A stretch of DNA of 64,000 nt. It comes from Alphaproteobacteria bacterium CG_4_9_14_3_um_filter_47_13 (lineage in GTDB: Bacteria > Pseudomonadota > Alphaproteobacteria > Micavibrionales > Micavibrionaceae). The stretch is taken from positions 38,762 through 102,761 of the forward strand of contig PFTR01000117.1 of the NCBI GenBank assembly GCA_002789675.1, in the 5' to 3' direction. Below are positions 18,830-27,978 of this stretch, one piece after another. Both the position numbers and the translations under genes were made by a program. Numbering within the stretch: the stretch's first letter is position 1; the number at the start of each line of letters is the position of its first letter. The notes beneath the pieces were generated by a model. The model saw only the letters and a program-made list of their open reading frames with translations. It ran no database searches and was not told the origin of the DNA.

Positions 18830-19402
18830 ATGACGACAGCAAAGAAAAAAGAAAATGGTCCGACAGTTATAAAAAAATATGCAAACCGCCGTCTTTATGA
18901 TACAGGGCGCAGCAGCTATGTCACTCTTGATGATTTGTCTCTTATGGTCAAAGAAGGTCATGACTTTGTTGTTTATGATGCAAAATCAGGCGATGATTTG
19001 ACCCGTCAGGTTTTAACGCAAATTATTGTAGATGAGGAAGCCAAGGGTGAAAATCTTCTTCCCATTCCTTTCCTTCGTCAGCTAATCGGATTTTATGGTG
19101 ATAGTATGCAGTCTCTTGTTCCCGGTTTTTTGGAGCAGAGTTTTGAAACTTTTACAAAAAATCAGGAGAAATTTCGTGAGCAAGTGAATAAATCATTGGG
19201 CACTATGATGAATCCTGCAAAAACAATGGAAGAAATAACCCGCCAGAATATGTCTATTTTGGAGAATACAATGCGGGCATGGACGCCTTTTGCTGTTGGC
19301 GCGGGTGTCAGCAAAGAACAGGTGGAAGAAAAAATTGGAGAACTAAAAAAGAATATTGAAACCATGCAAAAAGAAATGTCCCGCCTGATGGGGCACGTCT
19401 AG
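18830..19402 (+). CDS. phaR: polyhydroxyalkanoate synthesis repressor PhaR
   Basis: N-terminal VIKKYANRRLYDTGRSSYVTLDDL signature. GGAGAAAG Shine-Dalgarno sequence upstream. Confidence 0.9.
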   Translation: MTTAKKKENGPTVIKKYANRRLYDTGRSSYVTLDDLSLMVKEGHDFVVYDAKSGDDLTRQVLTQIIVDEEAKGENLLPIPFLRQLIGFYGDSMQSLVPGFLEQSFETFTKNQEKFREQVNKSLGTMMNPAKTMEEITRQNMSILENTMRAWTPFAVGAGVSKEQVEEKIGELKKNIETMQKEMSRLMGHV

Positions 19403-19408
19403 GCTCTT

Positions 19409-21196
19409 TTACAAGCCGGTATGGCTTCTCTGCCATGTATTAATATCTCCTGTTGTTCTGTCAAGAATATCGTCATGAGCATCGTTCTTCATATCAGTTT
19501 CAAAAGAAATTTTTCTATGGCTATGCTCTCTGGGAAGCCATACACGCTCGACACGAGGAAATCCATAAACATACCCTTGAATATAATCAACCCCGTCATC
19601 GCTGAGTAATTTTGCCTCGGCAAGTGTTTCGGCGCCTTCTCCAACAGTCTTGACATTTACACCTTGTGCCAATGCCTGCAAGGTTTTTACAAAGAGATGG
19701 TTATGTTCGCTATCAATATTACGAATAAATGATTTGTCAATTTTTACCAGATCAACTTTTAAATCCTTCAACTGTGAAAATGCAGTATAACCGGCACCAA
19801 AATCATCCAGTGCAACGCGGGCGCCAAGATCCTGTAATGTTTTTACAATACGTTTTGTATTGGCAGGGTCATTGATTACAGCAGACTCAGTGATTTCTAT
19901 GATCAGCCGCTGCGCTATACTCGGGCGATCCCGAAGAGATGCGACAAGGCTGCGTAGCCAGTCATTATTATTCAAACTTAGATTGGAAACATTCACAGAC
20001 AGGTTAAGGTCGGGAAACATTCCTAATTCATTAATGGCCATCCGTAAGGCATGCTGATCCACAAAGCGAGACAGTCCCAGTTCTTCAATGGCTGGAATAA
20101 ACTCTCCTGCAGATATCATGGTGCCAGTATCATCAATTAGGCGGATTAGACTTTCGTGAAAAGAAATCCGGTTGCTTTTTGTATCCATGATGGGCTGAAA
20201 AGCCAGACGGAGACGATCTGTTTTGATCGCACGTAAAAATCTATCTGCTGATTTCAGAAGAGCGCGGTTGCTTTCGGCCTTATGGGACGCTTCATCATAA
20301 GAAACGAAGCAGCTCCGTCCTTTTTCTTTGGCAAGATTCATCGCCATCTCAGCCATAGGAATTACCGAAGTCATGTCTTTGACTTGTTCAAGCGTCACAC
20401 CACCGATAGAAACCCCGATCCCGATGGCTCCCATACTTGTTTGTAAGGGCGCGTTATAAAAACTGTTTAAAATGTGTCTTGCGACTGCTGCCATTTCATT
20501 GTGTGGTGCCTGTTTAAAGAAAATTCCATAAACATCTCCGTTAATGCGCATGACCATACCGGATTCAGATACAATTTGTCGCAATCGGCTCCCTGTCTGC
20601 TCAATGATTTCATCTGAATAGCGAGAGCCCATCACATCATTAAAGAGCGCCATGCGATCAATTCCAACAGAGAGCACATAACCATAAGATTTTTTATCCT
20701 TATTATTCTCATCAAGCCATTGCTCTATTTTTTGTTGTAGGGAACGTCGTCCTTGTGTAACGCTGCCCAGATCAGCAGAGACAGAAACAATATTATCAGA
20801 AGGTGTTTTGCTTTTTGTACCGGGAGATTTGATCTTTAAAAATCCGGAAACTTGAGTATTTTCAGAGTGTTTATCGTGTAGAATCGTTCCCGTTTCTTCT
20901 ATTACAAGGTTAACACCGTCAGCCCTGCGAAGATTATAAGTCATGGAAAAGGATGGATTATCTTCATCGGAATCAAGAGCATCATGCAAAATCGAGAGCC
21001 GTGTTGCGATATCTTGCGGATTGATCATTTTATTGTAGAGCGCGTTATTTCGGGGACAATCCTTATTCTCAAGGCCGAGAAACCCAAAAAGATCACCGGC
21101 CCATTGAAAACTGTCGTTATCTGTATCCCACATATAGGCAACCAGATTATTATCTTTTAATGTTGATGATAAATGTTCAAACCAGCCTTGTGTCAT
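19409..21196 (-). CDS. PAS / degenerate-GGDEF / EAL c-di-GMP phosphodiesterase
   Basis: EAL-domain residues are present (ESLIR, NVS, EITES, DDFGAGY, KIDKSF, EGAE, QGY). The GGDEF position reads NGDVY. Confidence 0.85.
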   Translation of the reverse strand: MTQGWFEHLSSTLKDNNLVAYMWDTDNDSFQWAGDLFGFLGLENKDCPRNNALYNKMINPQDIATRLSILHDALDSDEDNPSFSMTYNLRRADGVNLVIEETGTILHDKHSENTQVSGFLKIKSPGTKSKTPSDNIVSVSADLGSVTQGRRSLQQKIEQWLDENNKDKKSYGYVLSVGIDRMALFNDVMGSRYSDEIIEQTGSRLRQIVSESGMVMRINGDVYGIFFKQAPHNEMAAVARHILNSFYNAPLQTSMGAIGIGVSIGGVTLEQVKDMTSVIPMAEMAMNLAKEKGRSCFVSYDEASHKAESNRALLKSADRFLRAIKTDRLRLAFQPIMDTKSNRISFHESLIRLIDDTGTMISAGEFIPAIEELGLSRFVDQHALRMAINELGMFPDLNLSVNVSNLSLNNNDWLRSLVASLRDRPSIAQRLIIEITESAVINDPANTKRIVKTLQDLGARVALDDFGAGYTAFSQLKDLKVDLVKIDKSFIRNIDSEHNHLFVKTLQALAQGVNVKTVGEGAETLAEAKLLSDDGVDYIQGYVYGFPRVERVWLPREHSHRKISFETDMKNDAHDDILDRTTGDINTWQRSHTGL

Positions 21197-21388
21197 TTGC
21201 AGTATCCATTTTACGCATAATTAGTACTCATTCCCTGCTATCCTGTCCTTAAAAAGTTAAGAAATAGAAAAGAACCTTACCTTATCAGTATAAACCTCTA
21301 ATTATTACCATAATCTTTATTTTATTAAAATTTATATAAAAAGCAATATAGTTTCTATTAAAGATAAAAAAGCTTTATCTATAAAAAC

Positions 21389-21610
21389 CTATATCTTCTC
21401 TGGCGGATCAGGATCCTGTAAGTTTTTTAAAATGTAAACGCGGATGGCGCTGGACAGGTTATGTGCGCCGCGTTTGCGGTCAATTTCGGCAAGTAAATCT
21501 GTTAAGTTGCGTTTTTGGGCTGTGGCCAGTTGCTTAATGGCTGTCCAGAATTCTTCTTCAAGGCTGATGCTTGTGGCATGTCCCTGAATCTTTACCGAGT
21601 GCTTTTTCAT
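21389..21610 (-). CDS. ribbon-helix-helix (RHH_4) domain protein
   Basis: KIQGHATSISLEEEFWTAIKQLA...NLSSAIRVYIL matches the RHH_4 pattern. Sits immediately downstream of fumC. Confidence 0.65.
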   Translation of the reverse strand: MKKHSVKIQGHATSISLEEEFWTAIKQLATAQKRNLTDLLAEIDRKRGAHNLSSAIRVYILKNLQDPDPPEKI

Positions 21611-21619
21611 ATCTGTTTT

Positions 21620-23035
21620 CTATTCGGAAGGGCGTGTCATTGATTCCGGATCAATCCATTCCTCAAACTGCGCTTCTGTTAAAAGCTCCAGCGCCAGCCC
21701 GGCTTTCTTAAGTGTTGTACCATCCTTATAGGCCTTTTTAGCAATTTTGGCGGCGTTGTCATAGCCAATATACGGATTTAAGGCAGTGACAAGCATCAGA
21801 CTTTCATGGAGAAGCTTATCAATACGCGCACGGTTGGCCTCTATCCCGACTACACAGTTGTCGGTAAAGCTATGACAGGCATCGGCAAGCAGACGAACCG
21901 ATTGCAGGACATTATAAATAATGACGGGTTTAAAAACATTCAGTTCAAAATGACCATTGCTTCCGGCGACTGTGACAGTGACGTGGTTTCCCATCACCTG
22001 CGCGCAGACCATCGTCAGGGCTTCGCACTGGGTGGGGTTGACTTTGCCAGGCATGATGGAGGAGCCGGGCTCGTTCGCGGGCAAATTAATCTCACCTATA
22101 CCGCTGCGCGGGCCAGAGCCTATTAAACGGATATCATTGGCAATTTTCATGAGAGATGCTGCCAGTACATTCATCGCGCCGGACAGCTCGACCATCGCGT
22201 CATGGGCGGCCATGGCTTCAAATTTATTCGAAGCTGTTAAAAAAGGCAGGCCGGTGATCTCACTGACATGGGCAGCGAATTTTTCGGCGAAACCAATTTT
22301 ACAGTTGATTCCGGTACCAACGGCTGTGCCGCCCTGCGCGAGCTCCATAATTGATGGTAGCGCATTTTTGACCCGTCTGATCCCATTCTGCACCTGCTGC
22401 GCGTAACCGGAAAATTCCTGCCCCAGGGTGACGGGGGTAGCGTCCTGCATATGAGTGCGGCCAATTTTGACGATATCCATAAAAGATTCTGATTTTTTAT
22501 CGAGCGCGTCATGTAGTTTTTCAAGCGCCGGAATGAGTTCATGATGAACCTGTTGCGCGGCGGCTATATGCATGACGGTAGGAAAACTGTCATTTGAAGA
22601 CTGGCTCATATTCACATGGTCGTTGGGGTGAACGGGATTCTTGCTGCCGCGTTCTCCTCCGAGAATTTCAATAGCGCGGTTGGAGATGACTTCATTGGCA
22701 TTCATATTGGTCTGGGTTCCAGAACCTGTCTGCCAGACAACAAGCGGGAATTCTGCGGCCAGTGTTCCATCTATGACTTCTTCTGCAGCTTTGAGGATGG
22801 CTTCGCCCAGTGTCTTCTCAAGTATACCGAGCGCCATATTGCTCAGAGCCGCTGCTTTCTTCTGAATACCAAAGGCGCGGATCAGCGGGGCAGGCATTGT
22901 TTCACCGCCGATTTTGAAATTCTGTAAACTGCGCTGCGTCTGTGCGCCCCAATAATGATCGGCGGGAACATCAATGGCACCAATTGAGTCGGTTTCGGTG
23001 CGGAACGGCATGGTTTTTTTGATCGGAGCGGTCAT
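21620..23035 (-). CDS. fumC: class II fumarate hydratase
   Basis: [16 protein letters not shown] signature. 471 aa. Confidence 0.95.
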   Translation of the reverse strand: MTAPIKKTMPFRTETDSIGAIDVPADHYWGAQTQRSLQNFKIGGETMPAPLIRAFGIQKKAAALSNMALGILEKTLGEAILKAAEEVIDGTLAAEFPLVVWQTGSGTQTNMNANEVISNRAIEILGGERGSKNPVHPNDHVNMSQSSNDSFPTVMHIAAAQQVHHELIPALEKLHDALDKKSESFMDIVKIGRTHMQDATPVTLGQEFSGYAQQVQNGIRRVKNALPSIMELAQGGTAVGTGINCKIGFAEKFAAHVSEITGLPFLTASNKFEAMAAHDAMVELSGAMNVLAASLMKIANDIRLIGSGPRSGIGEINLPANEPGSSIMPGKVNPTQCEALTMVCAQVMGNHVTVTVAGSNGHFELNVFKPVIIYNVLQSVRLLADACHSFTDNCVVGIEANRARIDKLLHESLMLVTALNPYIGYDNAAKIAKKAYKDGTTLKKAGLALELLTEAQFEEWIDPESMTRPSE

Positions 23036-23065
23036 TTTATCCTCTTTAATAAAGTCTATTGTTAA

Positions 23066-24169
23066 TTACTCATAGCCGATTTCTCCGGCGTTTTTGGGTT
23101 TGATGATGGTGACATGCCCCATTTTACGGCCTTCGCGGATATCGTGTTTGCCGTATAAATGAAGGCTGGCGCCTTTCATTTCCAGCCAGGGAGCAATATT
23201 TTCGGCATCGTTACCAATCAGATTGACCATCATGGCATCGGAATGACGGTTGGGCGGGGCAACGGGCATGCCGCAGACGGTGCGTACATGCTGCTCGAAC
23301 TGTGATACTGAACAGGCATCAATACTCCAGTGTCCAGAATTATGGGGGCGTGGCGCGATTTCGTTGGCAAGTAATTGATTGTCTTTGGTGACAAAGAATT
23401 CAAGCGCCAGAACACCGACCAGATCCACAGCTTCAGCCAGATGGAGTGTCAGACGCCGTGATTCTTCGGCGAGGAGATCGGGGATCAAAGCGGGGACTGT
23501 GCTTTTTGCTAGAATATGATTTTTGTGCTCATTCATAATCGGGCCGTAAAGTGCGGTCTGCCCCAGTTTGTCCCGCGCAATAATAACGGAGATTTCACAA
23601 GCAAAATCAGTCTTTTCCTCGATGATAATCTCTTTTGAATTTAAAGCCTCCCAGCTTTCTTTTGAATCAGTTGAAGCAGTCACAGAAAGCTGGCCTTTGC
23701 CGTCATATCCGAAACGGGTCGTTTTGAGAATAAATTCGAGGCATCCTGTATCTTTTTCCATGTTATTAATATTTTGTTCCAGATCTTTTGCCGATGTCGC
23801 AAGCACCCATGATACGGTGGGGATGGCGATATCATTTAAAAACTGTTTTTCTTTCCCCCGATCCTGAGCAATCTCCAGAAGACGATCATCGGGAAAAACG
23901 GGACGGAGCCGCTGGAGATAGCGAATAGTCTCCAGCGGGATATTTTCAAATTCATAAGTGATGACATCAACAGAATCGGCAAATGTCTTTAAGGTTCGTT
24001 TGTCTTCGTAGGCACCTGTAAAAGTTCTGGCGCTGACCTGACTGGCAGGGCAGTTTTTCTCGGGGCAGTAGATATGGGTTACGATTCCCAGTCGTGCCGC
24101 CGCCATGGCACTCATCCGCCCGAGCTGCCCGCCGCCAAGAATGCCGAGTGTTTTTGTTTCCAGCTTCAT
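23066..24169 (-). CDS. purK: 5-(carboxyamino)imidazole ribonucleotide synthase
   Basis: ATP-grasp protein with N-terminal LGILGGGQLGRM. PurK-like throughout. Confidence 0.9.
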   Translation of the reverse strand: MKLETKTLGILGGGQLGRMSAMAAARLGIVTHIYCPEKNCPASQVSARTFTGAYEDKRTLKTFADSVDVITYEFENIPLETIRYLQRLRPVFPDDRLLEIAQDRGKEKQFLNDIAIPTVSWVLATSAKDLEQNINNMEKDTGCLEFILKTTRFGYDGKGQLSVTASTDSKESWEALNSKEIIIEEKTDFACEISVIIARDKLGQTALYGPIMNEHKNHILAKSTVPALIPDLLAEESRRLTLHLAEAVDLVGVLALEFFVTKDNQLLANEIAPRPHNSGHWSIDACSVSQFEQHVRTVCGMPVAPPNRHSDAMMVNLIGNDAENIAPWLEMKGASLHLYGKHDIREGRKMGHVTIIKPKNAGEIGYE

Positions 24170-24335
24170 GACTATGAGTTATGGCGTTGCCGACAGCAAA
24201 GCGCAAGATTGTTTTTCGTTAATGATTAAAAATCATTCCGTTTATTTTAAACTATTTATTTAATAAAAAATCTGACTACGTAACTCTTTTGAGGCTGCGT
24301 ATAATGTTGCTTATTCTTAACAAAGTTTTACTAAA

Positions 24336-24785
24336 TTAACCATGTTTTGGGATATGAAGCATTGGAAACTGTTTTTGTAAACGAGCTTGAATATCATTTT
24401 GATGATTGTTTGTAATGGTATCCGGAGCCGTTTCAGAAATTTCTGTTCTTGGAAGTATGCCATTTAAAACCACATCTTTTGCAAGATCATACCCGTGAGG
24501 AATACCATAAACAGTACTGCCTAATGCACAAATAAGCCCTCCTAACGCCGCGCCACTCTTTACATCTTTATTAATGGCCTTCGCTACTGCTCCCCCGAAG
24601 ATAGCGCCTAAAACACCCCCACCCATGCTATATAGTGCAGAAATAAATGACGTACCCACTCCTGTCATAGCGGCACCAAACACACCTTTTAGTCCTGTTA
24701 ACTGAGGAATTGTGGCATAAGCGTAGCCGCTACTGATAAGAGGTATTGAGTTTAAACCAGTTTTTAAAATTTCTTTTTTTAACAT
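24336..24785 (-). CDS. hypothetical glycine-zipper membrane protein
   Basis: 149 aa with GxxxG-type runs (GVFGAAMTGVG, GGGVLGAIFGGAVA, GAALGGLICALG). AGGAG Shine-Dalgarno sequence 8 nt before the ATG. Located between purE and purK. No family recognised. Confidence 0.5.
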   Translation of the reverse strand: MLKKEILKTGLNSIPLISSGYAYATIPQLTGLKGVFGAAMTGVGTSFISALYSMGGGVLGAIFGGAVAKAINKDVKSGAALGGLICALGSTVYGIPHGYDLAKDVVLNGILPRTEISETAPDTITNNHQNDIQARLQKQFPMLHIPKHG

Positions 24786-24815
24786 AACTTAAGCTCCTAT
24801 TTGTTAATTAGGATG

Positions 24816-24844
24816 AGTATACGTAAATAAATAAAATATGTCAA
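24816..24844 (-). promoter_or_regulatory. sigma-70-like promoter TTGACA-17-TATACT for the glycine-zipper ORF
   Basis: The minus strand reads TTGACA (24844..24839), a 17-nt spacer, then TATACT (24821..24816). This lies ~30 nt upstream of the ATG at 24785. Confidence 0.5.
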
Positions 24845-24874
24845 ATTTTATGGGAAAAAATATTTGCGCTTTGA

Positions 24875-25366
24875 TTATGAGCAAGGCCTATCGGCAACGC
24901 TGTCTGTTTGTGTTTGCCTATAATGTTCCAATTTTTGGGTAATATCCTCATTCTGCGTACCAAGGATCGCTGCCGCCAGAAGCGCGGCGTTTTTTGCTCC
25001 TGCCTCGCCGATCGCAAGCGTGCCGACAGGGATTCCGGCGGGCATCTGCACGATGGAAAGCAGACTGTCCATACCTTTGAGGGCTTTGCTTTTTACAGGA
25101 ACGCCGAGAACGGGCAGGAGGGTCATACTCGCCACCATGCCCGGGAGATGTGCCGCGCCGCCGGCACCGGCGATAATGACCTTCAGGCCGCGCTCTCTGG
25201 CAGTTTTGGCGTAGTTTGCCATGCGATCCGGCGTGCGGTGTGCCGAGACAATCGCGGTTTCATAAGGAATGCCAAGACAGTCCAGAATATCAGCGGCATT
25301 TTTCATGGTTTCCCAGTCTGACTGCGAACCCATAATGATACTGATGAGAGGAGCATTTTCAGTCAT
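24875..25366 (-). CDS. purE: N5-carboxyaminoimidazole ribonucleotide mutase
   Basis: [12 protein letters not shown] and [13 protein letters not shown] motifs. Confidence 0.95.
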   Translation of the reverse strand: MTENAPLISIIMGSQSDWETMKNAADILDCLGIPYETAIVSAHRTPDRMANYAKTARERGLKVIIAGAGGAAHLPGMVASMTLLPVLGVPVKSKALKGMDSLLSIVQMPAGIPVGTLAIGEAGAKNAALLAAAILGTQNEDITQKLEHYRQTQTDSVADRPCS

Positions 25367-25368
25367 TC

Positions 25369-25572
25369 TTATGCAATAATATCCGGTAGTAACATGCTTT
25401 TGATACGCTGGATTTCATCTTTGAGCTGAAGCTTGCGCTTTTTCAAACGCTGCATTTGCAGGAAATCCACTGGCGGCGTTTTAATCAGCCTGTCGATAAC
25501 CTCGTCAAGATCTTTATGTTCGCTCTCCATTTCATAGAGGCGTTCCTGCAGTAACTCTTCTTCATCTTCCAT
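25369..25572 (-). CDS. DUF465 (YdcH-like) small protein
   Basis: 67 aa, a helical acidic/basic protein with the [12 protein letters not shown] pattern typical of DUF465. Ends 2 nt before purE. Confidence 0.65.
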   Translation of the reverse strand: MEDEEELLQERLYEMESEHKDLDEVIDRLIKTPPVDFLQMQRLKKRKLQLKDEIQRIKSMLLPDIIA

Positions 25573-25727
25573 TTGTAAGAATAGGCCTTTAATTTTTTTC
25601 CATTAAGTCATACTAGCAGATAATCCTTTGTATGATAAGAAAGAATTGTTATTGAATGGAGATGGCTTTATTTTAAAGAGAGTCGGAGAAACATTCAGGG
25701 ATTATAGACAAGCGGTAGGGGAGTATC

Positions 25728-26807
25728 ATGACGAAGAAACGGATAGGCATTTTAACAAGCGGTGGCGATTGCGCGGGATTGAACGCAGCGATCCGCGCCG
25801 TTGTTCACAGGTCAGATCTTCTCGGATGGGAGACAGTGGGCATTATTGATGGTACGGCAGGACTGCTGCGCGATCCCCCGGAATATAGAATTTTAACGCC
25901 TAACGAGTTTGACGGAAATATTATGCGGATGGGTGGCACGATTCTGGGCACAACGAACAAGGGTAATCCTTTTGCCTTTCCCATGGCGGATGGCTCCGTC
26001 AAGGATCTTTCCGGCAGAATTGTGGAGGGGTTTAAGGCGCTGAATGTGGATGCGGTGATTGGTATTGGCGGGGATGGCAGTTTTGCCATTTTGAAGAAGC
26101 TGGCTCAAAAAGGCGGCATTAATCTGGTGGGAATTCCGAAAACAATTGATAATGATATTGGTATGACGGAAAGCTCGATCGGGTTTGATACAGCGGTTTC
26201 CGTGGCAACGGAGGCTCTGGATCGTTTGCAGCCGACAGCGGCAAGTCATGATCGTGTCATGATCCTTGAAGTGATGGGTCGTGATGCCGGTCATATTGCG
26301 GTTAGCGCAGGAATTTCAGGAGGTGCGGATGTGATTCTGATTCCCGAGATTCCTTATTCAGTCGAGCATATTTCTGCTAAAATAAAACAAGTTAAGGACT
26401 CTGGGCGCAATTTTGCATTGATTGTTGTGTCGGAGGCGGTGAAAACACCGAAAGGAGAGAAAATCGAGCTGACATATAGTGATGGGGAGAAGCGCTATGG
26501 TGGCATTGGCCACTATCTGAGCCAGAGAATCGCCGAATCAACCGGATCGGAGACTCGCGTTACTGTTCTGGGGCATGTACAGCGGGGCAGTTCACCGACT
26601 TATAATGACCGTCTTCTGGCTTCGGCGTTCGGGGTTAAGGCGGTGGATCTGATTAAAGAAGGAAAATTCGGACGTATGGTTGCATGGTCGAACAGGCAGG
26701 TTATTGACGTGGCGATTGAAGATGCAATTGCAGCCTATCAGGAAGTCGATTTGAATGGTACATTGGTACAGACTGCCCGGGCGCTGGGAATATCATTTGG
26801 AGATTGA
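25728..26807 (+). CDS. pfkA: 6-phosphofructokinase
   Basis: GILTSGGDCAGLNAAIR, IGGDGS and PKTIDND motifs. Confidence 0.9.
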   Translation: MTKKRIGILTSGGDCAGLNAAIRAVVHRSDLLGWETVGIIDGTAGLLRDPPEYRILTPNEFDGNIMRMGGTILGTTNKGNPFAFPMADGSVKDLSGRIVEGFKALNVDAVIGIGGDGSFAILKKLAQKGGINLVGIPKTIDNDIGMTESSIGFDTAVSVATEALDRLQPTAASHDRVMILEVMGRDAGHIAVSAGISGGADVILIPEIPYSVEHISAKIKQVKDSGRNFALIVVSEAVKTPKGEKIELTYSDGEKRYGGIGHYLSQRIAESTGSETRVTVLGHVQRGSSPTYNDRLLASAFGVKAVDLIKEGKFGRMVAWSNRQVIDVAIEDAIAAYQEVDLNGTLVQTARALGISFGD

Positions 26808-26814
26808 CAGATAG

Positions 26815-27345
26815 ATGCTTTATATACAGGAATCATTAAGCCAGGATGAAGAAGTTGTACATGTGGGGCACTTTCACTGGATGTACACATTGCAGTCGAT
26901 TATGAGTATTGTCTGGGGCGTTGTTGGCTGTATCGCTGTGATTTGCGGATGGCTTTATTTCCAGTCGCATTTTGGAACCGGTTTTTATTCCGAAAATCTG
27001 TTTGGCCGTATCCGTGAAATGCATCCGGGGCTGCGGCTGTTTGCTTTTTTTCTGATTTTGCTTGGAATTTGGGGGTTCGCACAACGTATGATTATTAAAG
27101 CGACAACCGAAATTGCCATTACCAACTCCCGCCTGATTTATAAGCGCGGTCTTGTCGCACGTTATGTCGGGGAGATGAGTATAGACAGAATTGAAGGTGT
27201 GAATGTGTTGCAGGGAATTCTGGGGCGGCTTTTGGGGTATGGCCGTATTATGGTGCGCGGTATGGGGGTGGGCGAGGTTATCCTGCCGCCGCTGAGAGAT
27301 CCGATTGCCTTTCGCCGTGCAATTGAAAAGGCAAGAACAACATGA
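26815..27345 (+). CDS. bacterial PH (bPH_2, YdbS/YdbT-like) membrane protein
   Basis: Two TM helices followed by a ~80-aa domain (ITNSRLIYKRG...IDRIEGVNVLQGILGRLLGYGRI), typical of bPH_2. Confidence 0.6.
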   Translation: MLYIQESLSQDEEVVHVGHFHWMYTLQSIMSIVWGVVGCIAVICGWLYFQSHFGTGFYSENLFGRIREMHPGLRLFAFFLILLGIWGFAQRMIIKATTEIAITNSRLIYKRGLVARYVGEMSIDRIEGVNVLQGILGRLLGYGRIMVRGMGVGEVILPPLRDPIAFRRAIEKARTT

Positions 27346-27863
27346 TGAAAGCAAAAGTACAAAGTAATGTGAATGGAATTGTTTTGCCGCCGGCAATCAA
27401 GGCTTTGTTACGCGAAGATGAAAAAATTATTCGCGTGGCCACGATTCATTGGGGTATATACTGGAAAACAGTGGCGTTTGGATTGCTAACACTTTATCTG
27501 TTGCTATCCCCCTTTTTCCTTCATCTGGGGATTTTCTTTGCGCTGATTGTGGTTATTATGTTTTCGCTGGCAGTGCTGTATAAACAGTTTCTGATACTGG
27601 TACTGACGGATAAACGTGTGTTTCTGCGGCATGGTATTATACGGGTTGATACGATCCAGATTCGCCACAGCCGGATTGAGTCGGTTGAAACGGAGAAAAC
27701 AATCATGGGACAGATTCTGGGCTATGCCGTTGTGGTTATTTACGGCACGGGCAGCCGCCGGACAGCGATTCCTTTTATTGCCGATGCCCTCGAATTCAGG
27801 AACGAGCTGGATGAGATGCTGAATGAATATGAAGAAAAGGTCATTGGCAAGGATGATGATTAG
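27342..27863 (+). CDS. bacterial PH (bPH_2) membrane protein, paralog of the previous gene
   Basis: Same layout (LTDKRVFLRHG...IESVETEKTIMGQILGYAVV). Its start overlaps the previous stop (ATGA). Confidence 0.6.
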   Translation: MMKAKVQSNVNGIVLPPAIKALLREDEKIIRVATIHWGIYWKTVAFGLLTLYLLLSPFFLHLGIFFALIVVIMFSLAVLYKQFLILVLTDKRVFLRHGIIRVDTIQIRHSRIESVETEKTIMGQILGYAVVVIYGTGSRRTAIPFIADALEFRNELDEMLNEYEEKVIGKDDD

Positions 27864-27978
27864 GGGAAATTTTTCCTGAGATTTCTTGAGCATTTATAAA
27901 ATAAGTGCCAATGATAAAAGAATTTTAATTCTTTTGTTTCATGATGAAGATGTCGAATCTTTTTAAAGGCATTTTCAT

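Noticed and set aside
25628-25849. 73-aa ORF overlapping the pfk start.
   Set aside because: It is out of frame with a strongly supported pfk N-terminus (MTKKRIGILTSGGD), and no independent signal supports it.
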